DNA of 64,000 nucleotides. Origin: the human T2T-CHM13v2.0 reference genome, Homo sapiens. Positions 13,199 to 27,151 of the stretch are shown piece by piece; within the stretch, counting starts at the first letter, position 1; each line of letters opens with the position of its first letter. The DNA lies in assembly GCF_009914755.1 (NCBI RefSeq), contig NC_060930.1. The stretch is one strand, 5' to 3'. The translations under genes were made by a program, and so were the position numbers. The notes under the pieces were generated by a model, which saw only the letters and a list, made by a program, of their open reading frames with translations, was not told the origin of the DNA and did no database searches.

Positions 13199-14369
13199 AA
13201 TGCGAGCCTGGGGAAACCAGGTGCACAGTGGTAGCTTGTGCAGAGGGAGAGGATGGAAGAAGGGGGCAAATTATAGGCAGAAGAGGCCATGTCCATTTGC
13301 AAAGGTTGCGTGCAAGACCCTGGAGGCCCCTGAGGAAGAGAGATGGAAGATGTGGGTATCTGGCCCAAAAGCATGGAAGGGTCCCTGAAGATCCAGCCAC
13401 CGCCTAGTTATGCTGTTTGTACAGGGGCCATTGCAAGGGAGGAAACCATCCTGCCACTGGGAACCAGGAAGACGGGTGAAAGGCAAGGAATATGCAAAAT
13501 GAGTCTCAGCTCTCCTTTGAGACACCTTCCGGCCCTGGCAGAGTCCAGTGGCAGGTGGGTGTCTGGAGCCCTTCCCTAGGAACTGCCTCCTTGGCCCCAT
13601 CCCATCTCCTTGACCCCCTGCACCTTCCTGACTCCCAGCCCATCCTGGCTTCATTGTGAGCAGACTCTGGTTGGGAGGTTTTGAGGCTAGCAGGGAAGGA
13701 GGTGATGGAATCTTGGAGCCTTTCAGGCTCTCCTCAATAATGAGCTTGGGGCAGTGCCCTGACCCATCACAGACACATCCCCCTCTAGGGATCATTTCCA
13801 ACATGAGTTCAGCCACCCCCAGGGCTAACCCAGAAAACTCTCTCACTGGGCTCCTGCAGAACGGGGTGGAGGAATCAGAAAATGCAGGACCTTTGAATCA
13901 TTGAGAGGCGGCCATTAAGAGTTTTAGTTCAGCCTGGGTTGTCCCAGGTACCAAGAGAGGAGAAGGGCAGGGTGAAGCCCTGCTTCTGGGTGGGTGCAGC
14001 ACATGGCTTGTCCTGAGACACCTCACAAGCCCATTTGAGACACCCCTGGCCTGTTCCTGAAGGCAGGTGAGCCACTGGGGTTTGTTTTAATAAATCCCCT
14101 TTTCTCTTTCACCAACTCAAGGAGCTTTGGTATGAACCATGCCCGGTAACAGGGACTGTGCAGAGGAAGAATCCCAGCTAGCCTATGGATGAAGAGCTCA
14201 GTGAAAGGAGGTAAGCCCAGTGCGGGCTGGGCTTCCCAGGGCTGGAGTGCAGACAGAGGCAGGAGAGCAGCCCAGGATGGAAGAAGGGTGTGCCAGGTAG
14301 AAGCAGGAAGGCTTGAGTGGCCAGGGAGGGGCTGTTTTAGTTTCCTTACCTATAGAATCAGAATAATGA

Positions 14370-15330
14370 TCATTCACTTATTCATGCATTCATTCATGGA
14401 GTAAGTCTTTTGTGATGCACAATCACGCACCCAAGGCCTTGGGAATACATCTGTGTACAAGACAGACAGGCACTCGCCTTCCTGGACCTGATGTTCTGCT
14501 GAAAGGGTGAGACACAAAACAAACGCACGACAAGTTAATATTATGTCCAAGAGCTGCAGGTGCAGCAAAGGAAATTAAACCAGAGGAAAATTGGACAGAG
14601 CTGCGCTGGACCATGAGGAAGAGGGAGCCATGTGGGTACGAAGGGGGGAAATCCCAGCAGAGCAGAGGCACGGCCAGCCAAGGCCTCGCTGCCTCGATCG
14701 CATGGGCCCTGAGGAGGCGGGGGAGATGGCAGAATTCGACTTCAGAACGGCCCTGACGTCTAGGCCCTGTGAGGGCTGGGAGAGGTGCTCCCATTTGGAA
14801 GGGAGGCCTCAGGTATTTAAACGCTGGTGGGAACGGCAGGTTGGGGAGAGGAAGAGGGGCAATAATGGGAGGGAGGTCAGGGTTCCTCTCCTGTAGCTTC
14901 TCTTTCTCTGTGAAATAGGAGGTGTGGTTTCTGCCAAGAGGCAGAGGGCTCTGAGGATGAGAAGGGGCTAACTAGAGGCCAGCTAGGTGCCCATAGGCCT
15001 GCTCCAGGTAGGATATGTTATGTGCCCAGCAGCTCTGGGAACGGGCCATGGAGGCAGCTCACTGGGTAGCCGGACTATGGATGTGATGGGTGTGGGGCTA
15101 TGGCCAAGCGGGGTGGAGGTGAGGCAGGCCCAGCAGCCTGAAGCACAGAGGACCAGAGCGAGGTCAGGAGCCCCAGTCAAGAGAAAGAGGAAGGACCCAG
15201 GAGGAAGGGTGGATGTGGGTCGCTTTCTGGTGGGACAGAATCAGGGAGTGGAGGAGCCCCAGGGAGTGGCCTCAGCAGTGGGCATTGACATGGAGGCCAG
15301 CCCAAGAAGAGATGAAGCACATCACTGCAC
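14370..15330 (-). mobile_element. L2 3' end and upstream fragments
   Basis: cattcacttattcatgcattcattca tail followed by L2-like antisense sequence; right boundary uncertain. Confidence 0.55.
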
Positions 15331-15343
15331 CAGCTACCCTTAC

Positions 15344-15742
15344 TGCTATAGCTGGAATGTTTATCACCGCCGAAACTCCTGTTGAAACTGAATCCCCAGT
15401 GCTGCAGTATTGGGAGGTGGGCTTTTAAGAGGTGATTGGGTCATGAGGTCTCTGCCCTTATGAAAGGATCGATCCACTCATGTATTAACAGATTAATGGG
15501 TTAGTAGATGAATGGGTTTTCACTGGAGTGGGATTGGTGGCTTTATAATAAAAGGGAGAGAGACCTGAGCTGGCCTGCCTGGGAACTCTGCAGAGGCCCT
15601 GCCCCAGGAAGGCCCTCAGCAGATGTGGCCCCTCGACCTGGGACTTCCCAGCTGCCATAACTGTAAGAAATACATTCTTTATCTTTATAAATTACCCAGT
15701 TTCAGGTATTGTATTATAAGCAACACAAAATACACTAAGACA
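15344..15742 (+). mobile_element. MaLR LTR (MSTD/MSTC-like)
   Basis: tgctatagctggaatg ... tttataaattacccagtttcaggtatt...actaagaca; 5-bp TSD cttac/attac. Confidence 0.85.
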
Positions 15743-16376
15743 ATTACCAAAACCCCAGGCTTCCGGCTTTGTAGCGTCGTGGCCACCGAGACCCTTTCTT
15801 TCAGCAGCATAACCGTGTATATAAACACAGCCCCAACTAGCACACGAAAAGGAAACTGGGTGATGGGGTGGTTACATTTTTAAGTTGTTTAAACACTTAT
15901 AAAGTGAGAGCTATTTAAGATTTTTATGAGTAACCAGAAATTTTCACAAAGCACTTCATGTTATGCAGGGGAAGAGAAAGCTGGGAAGAATAGCATTTAT
16001 TTAATGCCTACTATGTGCCTTCTCCAACCGGTGGGAAGTGACAGCCTGTCTCCTCCTTGCCAGTTCTCAGCCTCTCTGAATGAGACAGCTTGGTGGGCCC
16101 ATGGGGACAGCCACTGGGGAAGCTCTCTGCCCAGAGACACAACCCCCACTGGGCCCGGAGTGGAGGCGCAGTCCTGGTGGCATCCCTCCTTGAACTGCCT
16201 ACTGAGCCCCCGTAGAGCTGAGCCTGGGGAGTGGAGGTGGAGGAAGCAAAAAAGCAGCAGGAGGCCAGGGAGCCTATGTGAGCCCACCTGGGGTCCCAGA
16301 GACATGATCCCGCTGCTGCCCTCATTCCTAATCCACAGAGGCCCCTGACACCAGCCCTGATGGCGGGCAAGGGCTA

Positions 16377-16747
<371 letters not shown>

Positions 16748-17399
16748 GAGTCACACGAGAGGCCGAGCCACTGGGAGGGCTAACCCTGGGTGGGCCGGCT
16801 CCTGAGTGGATGCTCCCGGGATCTGCAGAGCTGGGGAGAACCATGCTGAGTCCCAGCCCTGGAAGGTGGGGGAGTCTTGTTGGCCTTGTAAGGAGGTCAC
16901 CATCTGCCCTGCCTCCCTGGGTGCCTGGTTCCTGAAACTCTTCTAATCACCTCCCCAGTTCCTCAGGTTTTAGCCCAGCAAACACTCAGAGAGTTTCCTG
17001 GAGGAAATTAGAAAGAAGAAAGCAAAGAAGTAGAGATGGTTTACCAGGCACAATCTGGCTGACTGCTAAGGGCACAAGACCCAGCCCACGGGATGGTGGG
17101 CACTGTATCCTGCTCCCTCCACACCCCCAGCCCTGGGCAGCCTGCACATGTGAAAGTCCCCCCCATGGAAAGGTGGGCTCCATGGCAATTCCAGCATCTG
17201 GTGTGCTCCTCGGGGCCTGGCATCCTGCCACAGAGGCTGTGGTCACATGGGAGTGCTTCCTGGGCCACAGGCAGGAAGGTGAGCCCACAGCCGTGTACCC
17301 CTGGCACCTGGACAAGGCTTGCTGGGGTCCCCTGCCGGTGGAATGCTGCCTTCTTGGGACAAAGGCTGGACCTGGAGGCAAAAGAAGTTCCTCTCTGAG

Positions 17400-17715
17400 T
17401 GCAGGGGGGCCACAGCTCAGGTACAAGAACATGAGAGCCAGAATAGTTGCCACCTGTGGATTTCAGGAAGTGCCTCAAAGGGACCAGCATGCTCCTCTTC
17501 TTGCCCTTTCCTCCTTTGCTTTGCTGGCCAGAGGCAGACAGGACCGATGGCTGCCACCTTGGACCATGATGTGGGAGCCACGTTATGAGAATGGCAGAGC
17601 AACCAGATAGCGTTGGCACCACCAATCCCAGCCCTGGACTTCCCATGGTAAGGAGAGAGAGAAACGTCTTATGGGAGCCACCATCATTCTCGTGCAGCAA
17701 ACCTGATCCTAACAC
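17400..17715 (+). mobile_element. Ancient ERVL/MaLR LTR fragment (LTR33/MLT1-like)
   Basis: gctgccaccttggaccatga...aatggcagagcaaccagatag...gcagcaaacctgatcctaac. Confidence 0.55.
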
Positions 17716-19364
17716 ACAGCACCAAGACCCTGCCTCCTCCTCTCCCTTCCCTCCCAGTGCCGACGAAGACCTACTATGCAGAGAGGATAGAGGAGGGACA
17801 CAGAGGCCACTGGAGGTGATTTGAAAAGGACGAGGACACCTGGGAACAAGGCAATGAAGGTGGCTAGGACAGAGGCATGAGGACAGAGCCTGGGGAGGAC
17901 TCATTAGTGCAGGGCTGACAGGCAGAGCCTTCCCAGGAACTCAGCCAGCAGAACCTGACAGCCATGATTTGGGCCTGCCCACTACCCCAGGGGCCCTCCA
18001 ACCCAGTCCTCCCCAGAGGGCTGAGGGCCCTCCCTCCCCATACTCAGCAATACTCCAGAGCCTACTTCCCCATGGAGGCCCAATCCCCTTCCCGGACCAG
18101 GCAGCTGGTGGTGTGTGGGTGCTGGTCTGGTGAGAGAGGGACTCCTTGGAGACTGAGGCCATGGGGGAGGGAGTGTCTGTCCATACCTGCAGGTTTGTCC
18201 CAAATTTAGACCCCAGGTCTGGAGGTGAACACAGCCCCACCTGATTCCTGGGAAGCCACGCTATCTATGCAGCTCGCTTCTTAGAAGCGGGCTTCCTCTC
18301 CATCCCCATCGAACTCAGTGCAGTCAATGCCTACTGAGCTCCTACTGAGTACACTACATGGATGTGGGTTCAGGTGCTAAGGAAATAAACCAGGCCCCAC
18401 ACTGCAGTCCCCAGGGCGCAGTGCCCTGACAGGTTGCCCCAAGACTGTGGTGTGCTGGGAAATGTTGAACACCCAGCTCTCTGAAGGAGAACACCTGGTT
18501 TGTGGCAGTTGCAGGTTTGTAGTGTTTCGTGATCTAAATCATCCACCCTGGCCAATTCCAAGTTGTAAACACGGAGTCCTTGAAGTCAGGAAGGCCCTGG
18601 CCCGGCTCCCAGGCCCAGCTCCAGCACCCCACTGCCAGGGGCTGCTCGCCTCCGGTCCCAGGTCCTCACCCCACCACCAGCAGGTCTCGGCCCTGTGCCT
18701 CATAGGTTCCCAGCCTTCCCCTGCTCGGGCCCTGGGTTTGGCTCTGGGGCTGACAGCCCGTGCCTTGACTGTGGCATGTGGGCTGTGGCTGCCAGGTCAG
18801 GAAGAATCAGTGGACAGTTGGTCACAAGCACCCTGGTCCCAAATCTTGAAATGCTCACGTTCTTCAACTTCTTCAACTACTACCCCACCCCTCCAGGCCT
18901 TTTCCTCTCTCTGACGGCTACACTTCACCCCAGGGTCTCCTCCTCCTCCTCAGAAGTGGCCGTTCCCCAGCATTTGGAGCCCAGGACCCCTCCCAGCCCT
19001 GAAGCATTTGCCTCCCAGCCTCCCCCGAACCTTGCTCCCCTACTGCCACCCCCTGTCTGTCCCGGAGGAGGCCTCATAGACACTTGCTGCGTGCCACTCC
19101 AAGGAGGCTGTGGTGCTCCTGCCAACTCTCCAGTGGCTGCCACAACTGCTGTCTTCAGGAGGAGGAGGGATGGCCCCCTCAGCCTCCCTGCCTCTGCTAT
19201 CTCAGCCCCAGCGTCCCGGCATCATCTGCTCCACCTCCAGGCAAGTCAGAGCCAGGCTTGCCATCTGCCTGGCAGCCTGGGGCACTGTGCCTTTATGGCT
19301 CCCGGGTAGGACGTGGACCTGGGCCCCAGCCCCTGGGCGCCAAGGTGCCAACCCTGCAGGGGAG

Positions 19365-19680
19365 TTGCTTAATGACCTTCATGAGCAGTAATTACACCCC
19401 AGGGCCCTCTCTTAATAACCACGTATTCTCCCTGTCAATGTGCCTTAATTGAAAATGAGTAGGCGATACAAGTTGCTGTGAAGTTGGCTGGCAAGCCCTT
19501 AACGTGATATTAATTGTAGTAATTAGTAGTCACTTTGTGTTGGAGTCATCTATAAATAGGGGGTCCATTAGTTTAGCAAAAGAGCATGATTTAAAATGCA
19601 AATAAAAGCCCAATTAGACAGATAAATCGCTTGTCTTTTCCAGCAAATTATCATCTTCCAGAAGGACGGCAGCCACTTTG
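19365..19680. promoter_or_regulatory. Candidate conserved enhancer (MEF2/POU/homeobox cluster)
   Basis: AT-rich island with CTATAAATAG 19550-19559, ATGCAAAT 19596-19603 and several TAATT cores. Confidence 0.45.
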
Positions 19681-20141
19681 GGGCTGCACTGCTCAGTTCA
19701 GGGGCTCTGAACTCTTTATACCACCGGAGTGGCCCTTTTGATACACTGTCCCTTTAAACAGGTTTGCACCAAGCTTCCTCAGGAGGCTGTCACTCTTAGA
19801 GCAGTCCCTATAGACTCTTATTTTATTGGCACAACTGGTGGTCAGGGCCCCAAGTAGCTCCTCCCCCTGTATGCTGATTGGTCCCCTTTGGTGACACAGA
19901 AGCACATTTTAAAGGAATAGTAGCACAGTGCGTAAGGCACTAGGAGAATGGGTGGGGGGTAGGAGGGGTCTACTCTTTGAATTTGGCTCTGCACGGTCCA
20001 GACAGAGTGAACCACCAATGCTATGTGTTGTCCTGTGACCCAAAAAAGTTAAAAATAAACTCACACCATTGTTGTGGGGCTGGACAACTTACTTTCCGCT
20101 TCTTTCTCTCTTCTGCAAAAGCTACTTACGGTGGTTGCAGA

Positions 20142-20146
<5 letters not shown>

Positions 20147-20208
<62 letters not shown>
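20147..20208. repeat. Compound (CT)n(CA)16 microsatellite
   Basis: CT run 20147-20175, CA run 20177-20208. Confidence 0.95.
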
Positions 20209-20214
<6 letters not shown>

Positions 20215-20589
20215 CTCATAGGCTTTGGGCAAACATTTCAGGTGCAAACAACTGGAAGTAGAATGTGGCAGCTAGGGAGGTGTTAAGAGGGCGCAGCTTC
20301 AAGGCCAGAGGGGAGATTTCTAGTTCAACCTTCCTTTGACTAGAGCTTCACCAGTTACCCAACACTTTCTCCCAGGCCTGTGTTTCAAACTTCTCAATTA
20401 AAGAGGCTGTTGAGATGTGCGTGGGGACATGGGTGTGAGTTCTTCCCTCTCTGGCTTGTTGAGCTTCTGGAGAACTGGTGTCCTGGGCTCAGCTCGGAGC
20501 CCTTCCTGTCCCCTCCTTCGGCCTGCCACACCCCCTCCCCACGAGCCCTTCACTCCTTTGTGGCCAACTGAGGCTACCCCTCAGACAGC

Positions 20590-20831
20590 ATTTGCATTTT
20601 AATAAGACCCAAAGTCAAAAGATAAAACAGCTATTCCCAAACACAGGGAACACTAACAATTGTCTCTTCCAGCAGGAGTTTCATCTTTGTCCAAAAAATG
20701 AGGAGAACACAGGAAACTTGAAAGTATTATCCTTGATTATATTATCCTTTTATGATTCAATGTTTGCGGCAGGTGGTAGTACTTGCTATTTTTAATGTCC
20801 TATTTGACAAAATAAAATATTGGCAACCCTG
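20590..20831. mobile_element. Possible hAT DNA transposon remnant
   Basis: AT-rich block ending in TIR-like tggcaaccctg (20821-20831); matching left TIR not found. Confidence 0.3.
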
Positions 20832-21253
20832 TGTTGGTCCCAAAAATATTTTTTGGAAATTTTGCCAGGGTATGAAATTCAAATGTCTGGAGCTGCTGAG
20901 CTAGAAGACTGAATCAGGGACTTGAAGCGGGTGAGTCACAGCTGCCTGTGTGTGCAGGAGTGTGTGTGAGTGCACACACGTGGTATTGGCCGGTGAAATA
21001 AGGACACTCATCGTGGGAGATTTCCCTGTCTTTGAAATAGCACAAGAAGACAGTTAGATCACAGAGGAAGAACTGGAAGGAGGCTGGGGTGCTGTCCCCT
21101 CCAATCTTCCTATATTCCAGATGAGGAAACAGGCCCAGGCCACATGGTGAGTTAGTGGTCTAGGCACAGGCCATCATACACTGAGGGCACCTCCTGCTAT
21201 CCCCAGCTGACCCTGGCCGATGTGTTGGTCCCTAAAGCAAGCATTGGATTAGA

Positions 21254-21760
21254 TGTCACAGGATGGGTGGAGGCTGCCTTGGCCTACTGAATCTCTAGTT
21301 GTTCCACAGCAGAGGCCATCTGTTTACTCCCAGAATGTGGAAAACAGCCTTGCTGACAACCAGACCAAAGAAACAAAAGACAGTGCTCAAGACAGCACAT
21401 TAGAGAAGACTGCTCCAGGGTCACAAAAATGACTGACCAGCCTGTTTGAGTGACCAGTGCTTCTCCACTAGTGACAATCTGGCCCTCTTTTAATCCTCCT
21501 ACCTCCTATGTAAAAATTAAGTTCCCTATCACCAAATTGGCCCACTTCTTGGAAGCACCCAACCCCAGACTGGCCTCTGCTTCCCCACCCTCTCCCTAAA
21601 GTCACCCAGCACCAACCCCAACCCTGGAAGAGGTCCCTTTCATAACTCTCCTTTTGAGATGTTTGGGAAGTTCTCCAGGGTGCATTCTCCCTTGCTACAG
21701 CAAGCTAAATAAATCCTATGGTTGTGTTCCTGGTGGTTTTTGGTTGTTGGGCTTTGAACA
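21254..21760 (+). mobile_element. ERV1 MER4-group LTR (MER67/MER31-like)
   Basis: 3' end ttctcccttgctacagcaagctaaataaa...tgtgttcctggtggtttttggttg...gctttgaaca. Confidence 0.55.
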
Positions 21761-21809
21761 GTCAACAAATATTTGAACCACACTGTTCCATGCAATGTGG
21801 TCATGAAGA

Positions 21810-23130
<1,321 letters not shown>

Positions 23131-23134
23131 ACAC

Positions 23135-23276
23135 ACAAGTCTCGTGTGGATGTGTGTTTTCATTTGCCTTTGATAATTTGCTAGGAGTGGAATTGCTGGG
23201 TCATATGGTGAATTTATGTTTAACTTTGTAAAAATGACTGTGCCACTCTCCGAAGTCTCACTGTTTTATATTCCCT
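23135..23276 (-). mobile_element. L1 fragment, antisense
   Basis: ctaggagtggaattgctgggtcatatggt is antisense L1 ORF2 end. Confidence 0.75.
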
Positions 23277-23440
23277 GGGGAAGTGACATTTGAGCTGAGA
23301 CCTAACAGATGAGGAGGAGCCAGTCATGCAATGAATGGGGGAGAGTTTCCCGGGGCAGACAGGGAGCAACAGCTGGTGTGAAGGCCTGACGCCAGGAAAG
23401 GGGGAAAGCTTTGTTGGCTAGAGGAGCTGACTCTGTTTGA
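23277..23440 (-). mobile_element. L2 fragment
   Basis: ggaagtgacatttgagctgagacct...gaggagccag. Confidence 0.7.
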
Positions 23441-23454
23441 AGAAATTGGTAAGA

Positions 23455-23794
<340 letters not shown>

Positions 23795-23959
23795 TGAAAA
23801 TGAGTCTGTGGAAGAGAATGAGGTCCCCAGGGAAGGGCAGTCTGAGCACTGGGCTGTGTGCTGATGAACATGAGAGACTAGGAATGTGTGTGACCTGGAG
23901 GGAGGTTGACCACACTGGGCACAGCTGGAGGAGACAGCACCGACTTCCCAGTGAGGCTG

Positions 23960-24100
23960 CTCTGCGCTTGAATTCCAGCTCAGCCTCTGGGATGTTGGGC
24001 AAGATTCTTAACCTCCCTGACTCTCAGTCTCCTCAGATGTAAAATGGGAACCAATTTCACCCTGTCATGAGACGGTGAAGAACTGAGGACTCGCAATATG
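23960..24100 (+). mobile_element. MIR
   Basis: ttgggcaagattcttaacctccctgactctcagtctcctcagatgtaaaatggg core. Confidence 0.75.
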
Positions 24101-24169
24101 TATGTCATATCAAGACTCTGGCCTGAAGGGGCCAGATGCCACAGTCCAGGGCAGCTGGTGTGGGGAGTG

Positions 24170-24670
24170 AAGGGCAGGTATGAGCCGGTGTGAGGAGGGC
24201 AGCAGGCAGCTCATGGGGGCTGCAACTTTACCCTGGAGGCAGTGAGAAGCGGCTGGAGGACTCTTGAGCTAGCCAGGGCTATGGTCAAGGATGGAAGCTA
24301 CAACTGGGTATCAGGTCGCTGATCATACAGCATTCTCCAGGTGGGTAGAGCAGGGGAGACCAGAGGAGGAGACCAGTCATCTGCCTGATTGCAGTAATCC
24401 AGGTGAGGTTACAGGGGCCAGGGAAGCAGAGGGAGAGGGCAGAGCACAGGGAGGAGTGCTAAGGGGTGGAGGGACCGGCTTGAGGGCTGGAGGGTAGCGG
24501 GTGAGAGATGGAGTGTAGTGTTTCTCCAGGTGTCTGTCTGGGGCTCAAGAGTGGCTGGCCACACCAGAGAGGTTGAGGACTGGGGACAGCAGGTTTGGAG
24601 TGGGGAGAAGCAGGGAAGGAGGTGAGTGCTCTATTTGGATATGCTGGGTCTGAGGCATCTGTGGAGAAAC
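24170..24670 (-). mobile_element. L2 fragment
   Basis: gattgcagtaatccaggtgag and ctatttggatatgctgggtctgagg resemble antisense L2. Confidence 0.55.
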
Positions 24671-25139
24671 CCCATTGGCCCCACGGCAGACTGTGAGAAG
24701 AAAGGCCCTGTCTCTGGGAAGCCCCAGGGTGCTAGACTCAGCTGTCCTCAGGAACAGCTCCCTGGGGCTTCTTGCCACCACTGACCTTAGGAGGGGCCCC
24801 TCTCTTTTCTCATCTGTTTGTCCTGAGCATGGGACAGACCCTTCCCTGATGCCCCACCTCCCTGTATGGTCTTAGGTGTGACTTTAACAGGCCTTGAAGG
24901 TTTAGGAATGATACTATACTGTGATCATCCCAAAGGGTCTCTTCTGAGACCAGCTCCCAACATCACCCCCAGTCTTGCCCTCCGCGTCTTCCCACATGGC
25001 TGTGGGCCTCTGACCCCCACCTCTCTCTACTGTGGTTTCTGGGGCTGATCCCTGAACCTGGAAAGTACGGGTTCCTCTTCCCACAGACTCTTCTGGTGTC
25101 CCCCAGTATCCACTCTTCTCTATGAACTCCTGATTTGAA

Positions 25140-25650
25140 GCTGGGCAGGTACCCATTCAGAACAACAAATTTCCCAACCTTGCTTGCAGTTGGATGTGGT
25201 CATGTGACCAATGAGGTATACATGGAAGTGTCATTTCCAACAATTGTCTTTAAAAGAATGAGGGGTGGCCTTCATCATTCTTCCCTCTTGATCGAAAGCA
25301 GATGGAATGGCTGGAGCTCCAGCAGTCACCTTGGATCATGGAGTAGGGGTGTGCCCTTGGAATGGAAGCCATGCACAATGGCGCAACAAGATAGAAGACA
25401 GAAGCCTGGTGGTGCCCTTTGCTGCCCACCTCCAGGGGGTATCCTTCACATGGCATTCTGTGGTGTGTCCCAGAAGGTGCCAGTCACAGAATACCATGCG
25501 AAGGGCACCCCTGAAGCTTGCAAAACGTCAGCCTCCGCTGCCTGCCTCTGAACATCATGCAACTGAGAGAGAATCATACTTTGTTACGAGCATCTGCTCT
25601 CTGAGGATTTTCTGTCCTGTATATTTGCAGCTCAATCTAACCCCAGCACC
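25140..25650 (+). mobile_element. Ancient ERVL LTR (LTR33-like)
   Basis: ttcccaaccttgcttgcagttggatgtggtcatgtgacc...ggctggagctccagcagtcaccttggatcatg. Confidence 0.6.
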
Positions 25651-25844
25651 CCTGGTCTAACACCTGGTCCCGAGTCCTCCTTTCCTTTGTCCAGATCTGT
25701 CTGTACCCAGGATGAGTGAATGTTGACTAACTTCAGGAGAAACCCATCCTATCCCTGGCAGTGGCCCCACAAGACAACACACAAAAGTCACAGCCAGGAT
25801 TCTCCAAAGTCCAAGCTGTTCTTAAGTCTCACCTGGGCTCTCCT

Positions 25845-26085
25845 TGTAGTTGATGATCTACTGTGAACCACCCCAAAACCGAGTGGCTTCACACAATTTT
25901 GCATGGGTTTTCTGGGCTTCCCTAGGCATTTCTAATCTAGGGTCTCCCCAGCCTCCAAAGTCACACAGCATCACTTCTAACACATGGCTCGCCTGATCCA
26001 GGTTCAAAAGTAGGGAACCACACAGGGCATGGACACCAGGAGGCATGGCTCACTGGATACCCAGCCATCATAAAGATAGGCCACT
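25845..26085 (-). mobile_element. MLT1-family MaLR LTR fragment
   Basis: aaccaccccaaaaccgagtggctt...aagtcacacagcatcacttct...ggcatggacaccaggaggcatggctcactgg. Confidence 0.6.
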
Positions 26086-26228
26086 GTAGCTTGGAGGGCA
26101 GCTGGACCAGAGACACAAATTTTGAGTTTTGACTGTTTTTACTCACAATACTTCTGACATCAAATGCGTGGGTTTTTCTTCCACTCAACGGCCAGTTCTC
26201 TTATTCTCCAGCCACCCAACCAGATGTT

Positions 26229-27151
26229 TGTAAACGAAAAATCCTAAGCTCCACACCAATTGAATGGACCCCCTCTTGGCCAAGGGGACCCCAGAGAAAC
26301 CTTAAAAAATGGAGTTCCTGGTCATGATGGGAAGGGCAGTTGGACACGCCTCAGTATATCCCCTCCCTTTCAGAGTTTAGGCAGAACTGACCAGCATTGA
26401 TGTTAAGATAGAGATCACGAGACTGACAAAACAGACTCTTTGTGGCAGTAAGATACAAGATTATAAACAGGACCTAAGGCCATGCCAGGCAAGGGTTATG
26501 TCACACCCACAGGCCATCAATCTTACTACATGGCATCCTTAAATGAAAACATTCCTTTCTGGCCAGGCACTTTGGGAGGACGAGGCAGGCAGATTGCTTG
26601 AACTCAGGAGTTGGAGACAAGCCTGGGCAACATAAGGAGACCCTGTTTCTACAAAAGATACAAACATTAGCCAGGTGTGGTGGTGCACACCTGTGGTCCC
26701 AGCTACAGGCTGAGGTGAGAGGATCGCTTGAGCCTGGGAGGTGGAGGCTTCAGTGAGCTGAGATGGCACCGCTGCACTCCACCCTGAGCGACACAGGGAG
26801 ACTATCTCAAACGAACAAAAGAAAGAACATTCCTTTCTGCTTACTCCAAGTTTAGATAGACAGAGCCTTACACCTTAAACCAATTGTATATTAAGGAATC
26901 TCCGAATCTACCTGTAACCTATCAGCCCTGCATCAAGATAGCCAGTCTTTTCGGGCTGAACCAATGTGTACCTCCCATGTACTGATTTATGTCTTTGCCT
27001 CCCTAACAGGTATGGAATGAATCTGTGCCCTGATCGCCCCGGTGCACTTTTTCAGGACCCCTTGTGACTGTGTCCTCTGGGCTTCTGTCACTCATATTGG
27101 CTCAGAATACACCTCTTTAAAATATTTTACAGTTTGATTTTTCCGGTAACA
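26229..27151 (+). mobile_element. MER4 (MER4D/E-like) solo LTR
   Basis: tgtaaac...gaatggaccccctcttggccaaggggaccccagagaaacc ... cactcatattggctcagaata...taaca; 4-bp TSD tgtt/tgtc. Confidence 0.85.
26561..26825 (+). mobile_element. AluJ with internal 5' deletion, inside MER4
   Basis: 13-bp TSD aacattcctttct at 26548-26560 and 26826-26838; J-type gatcgcttgagcc. Confidence 0.88.

Noticed and set aside
17041-17904. Longest ORF (287 aa, - strand)
   Set aside because: No recognisable domain, crosses an old LTR fragment, and overlaps open frames on both strands as expected in GC-rich non-coding DNA.
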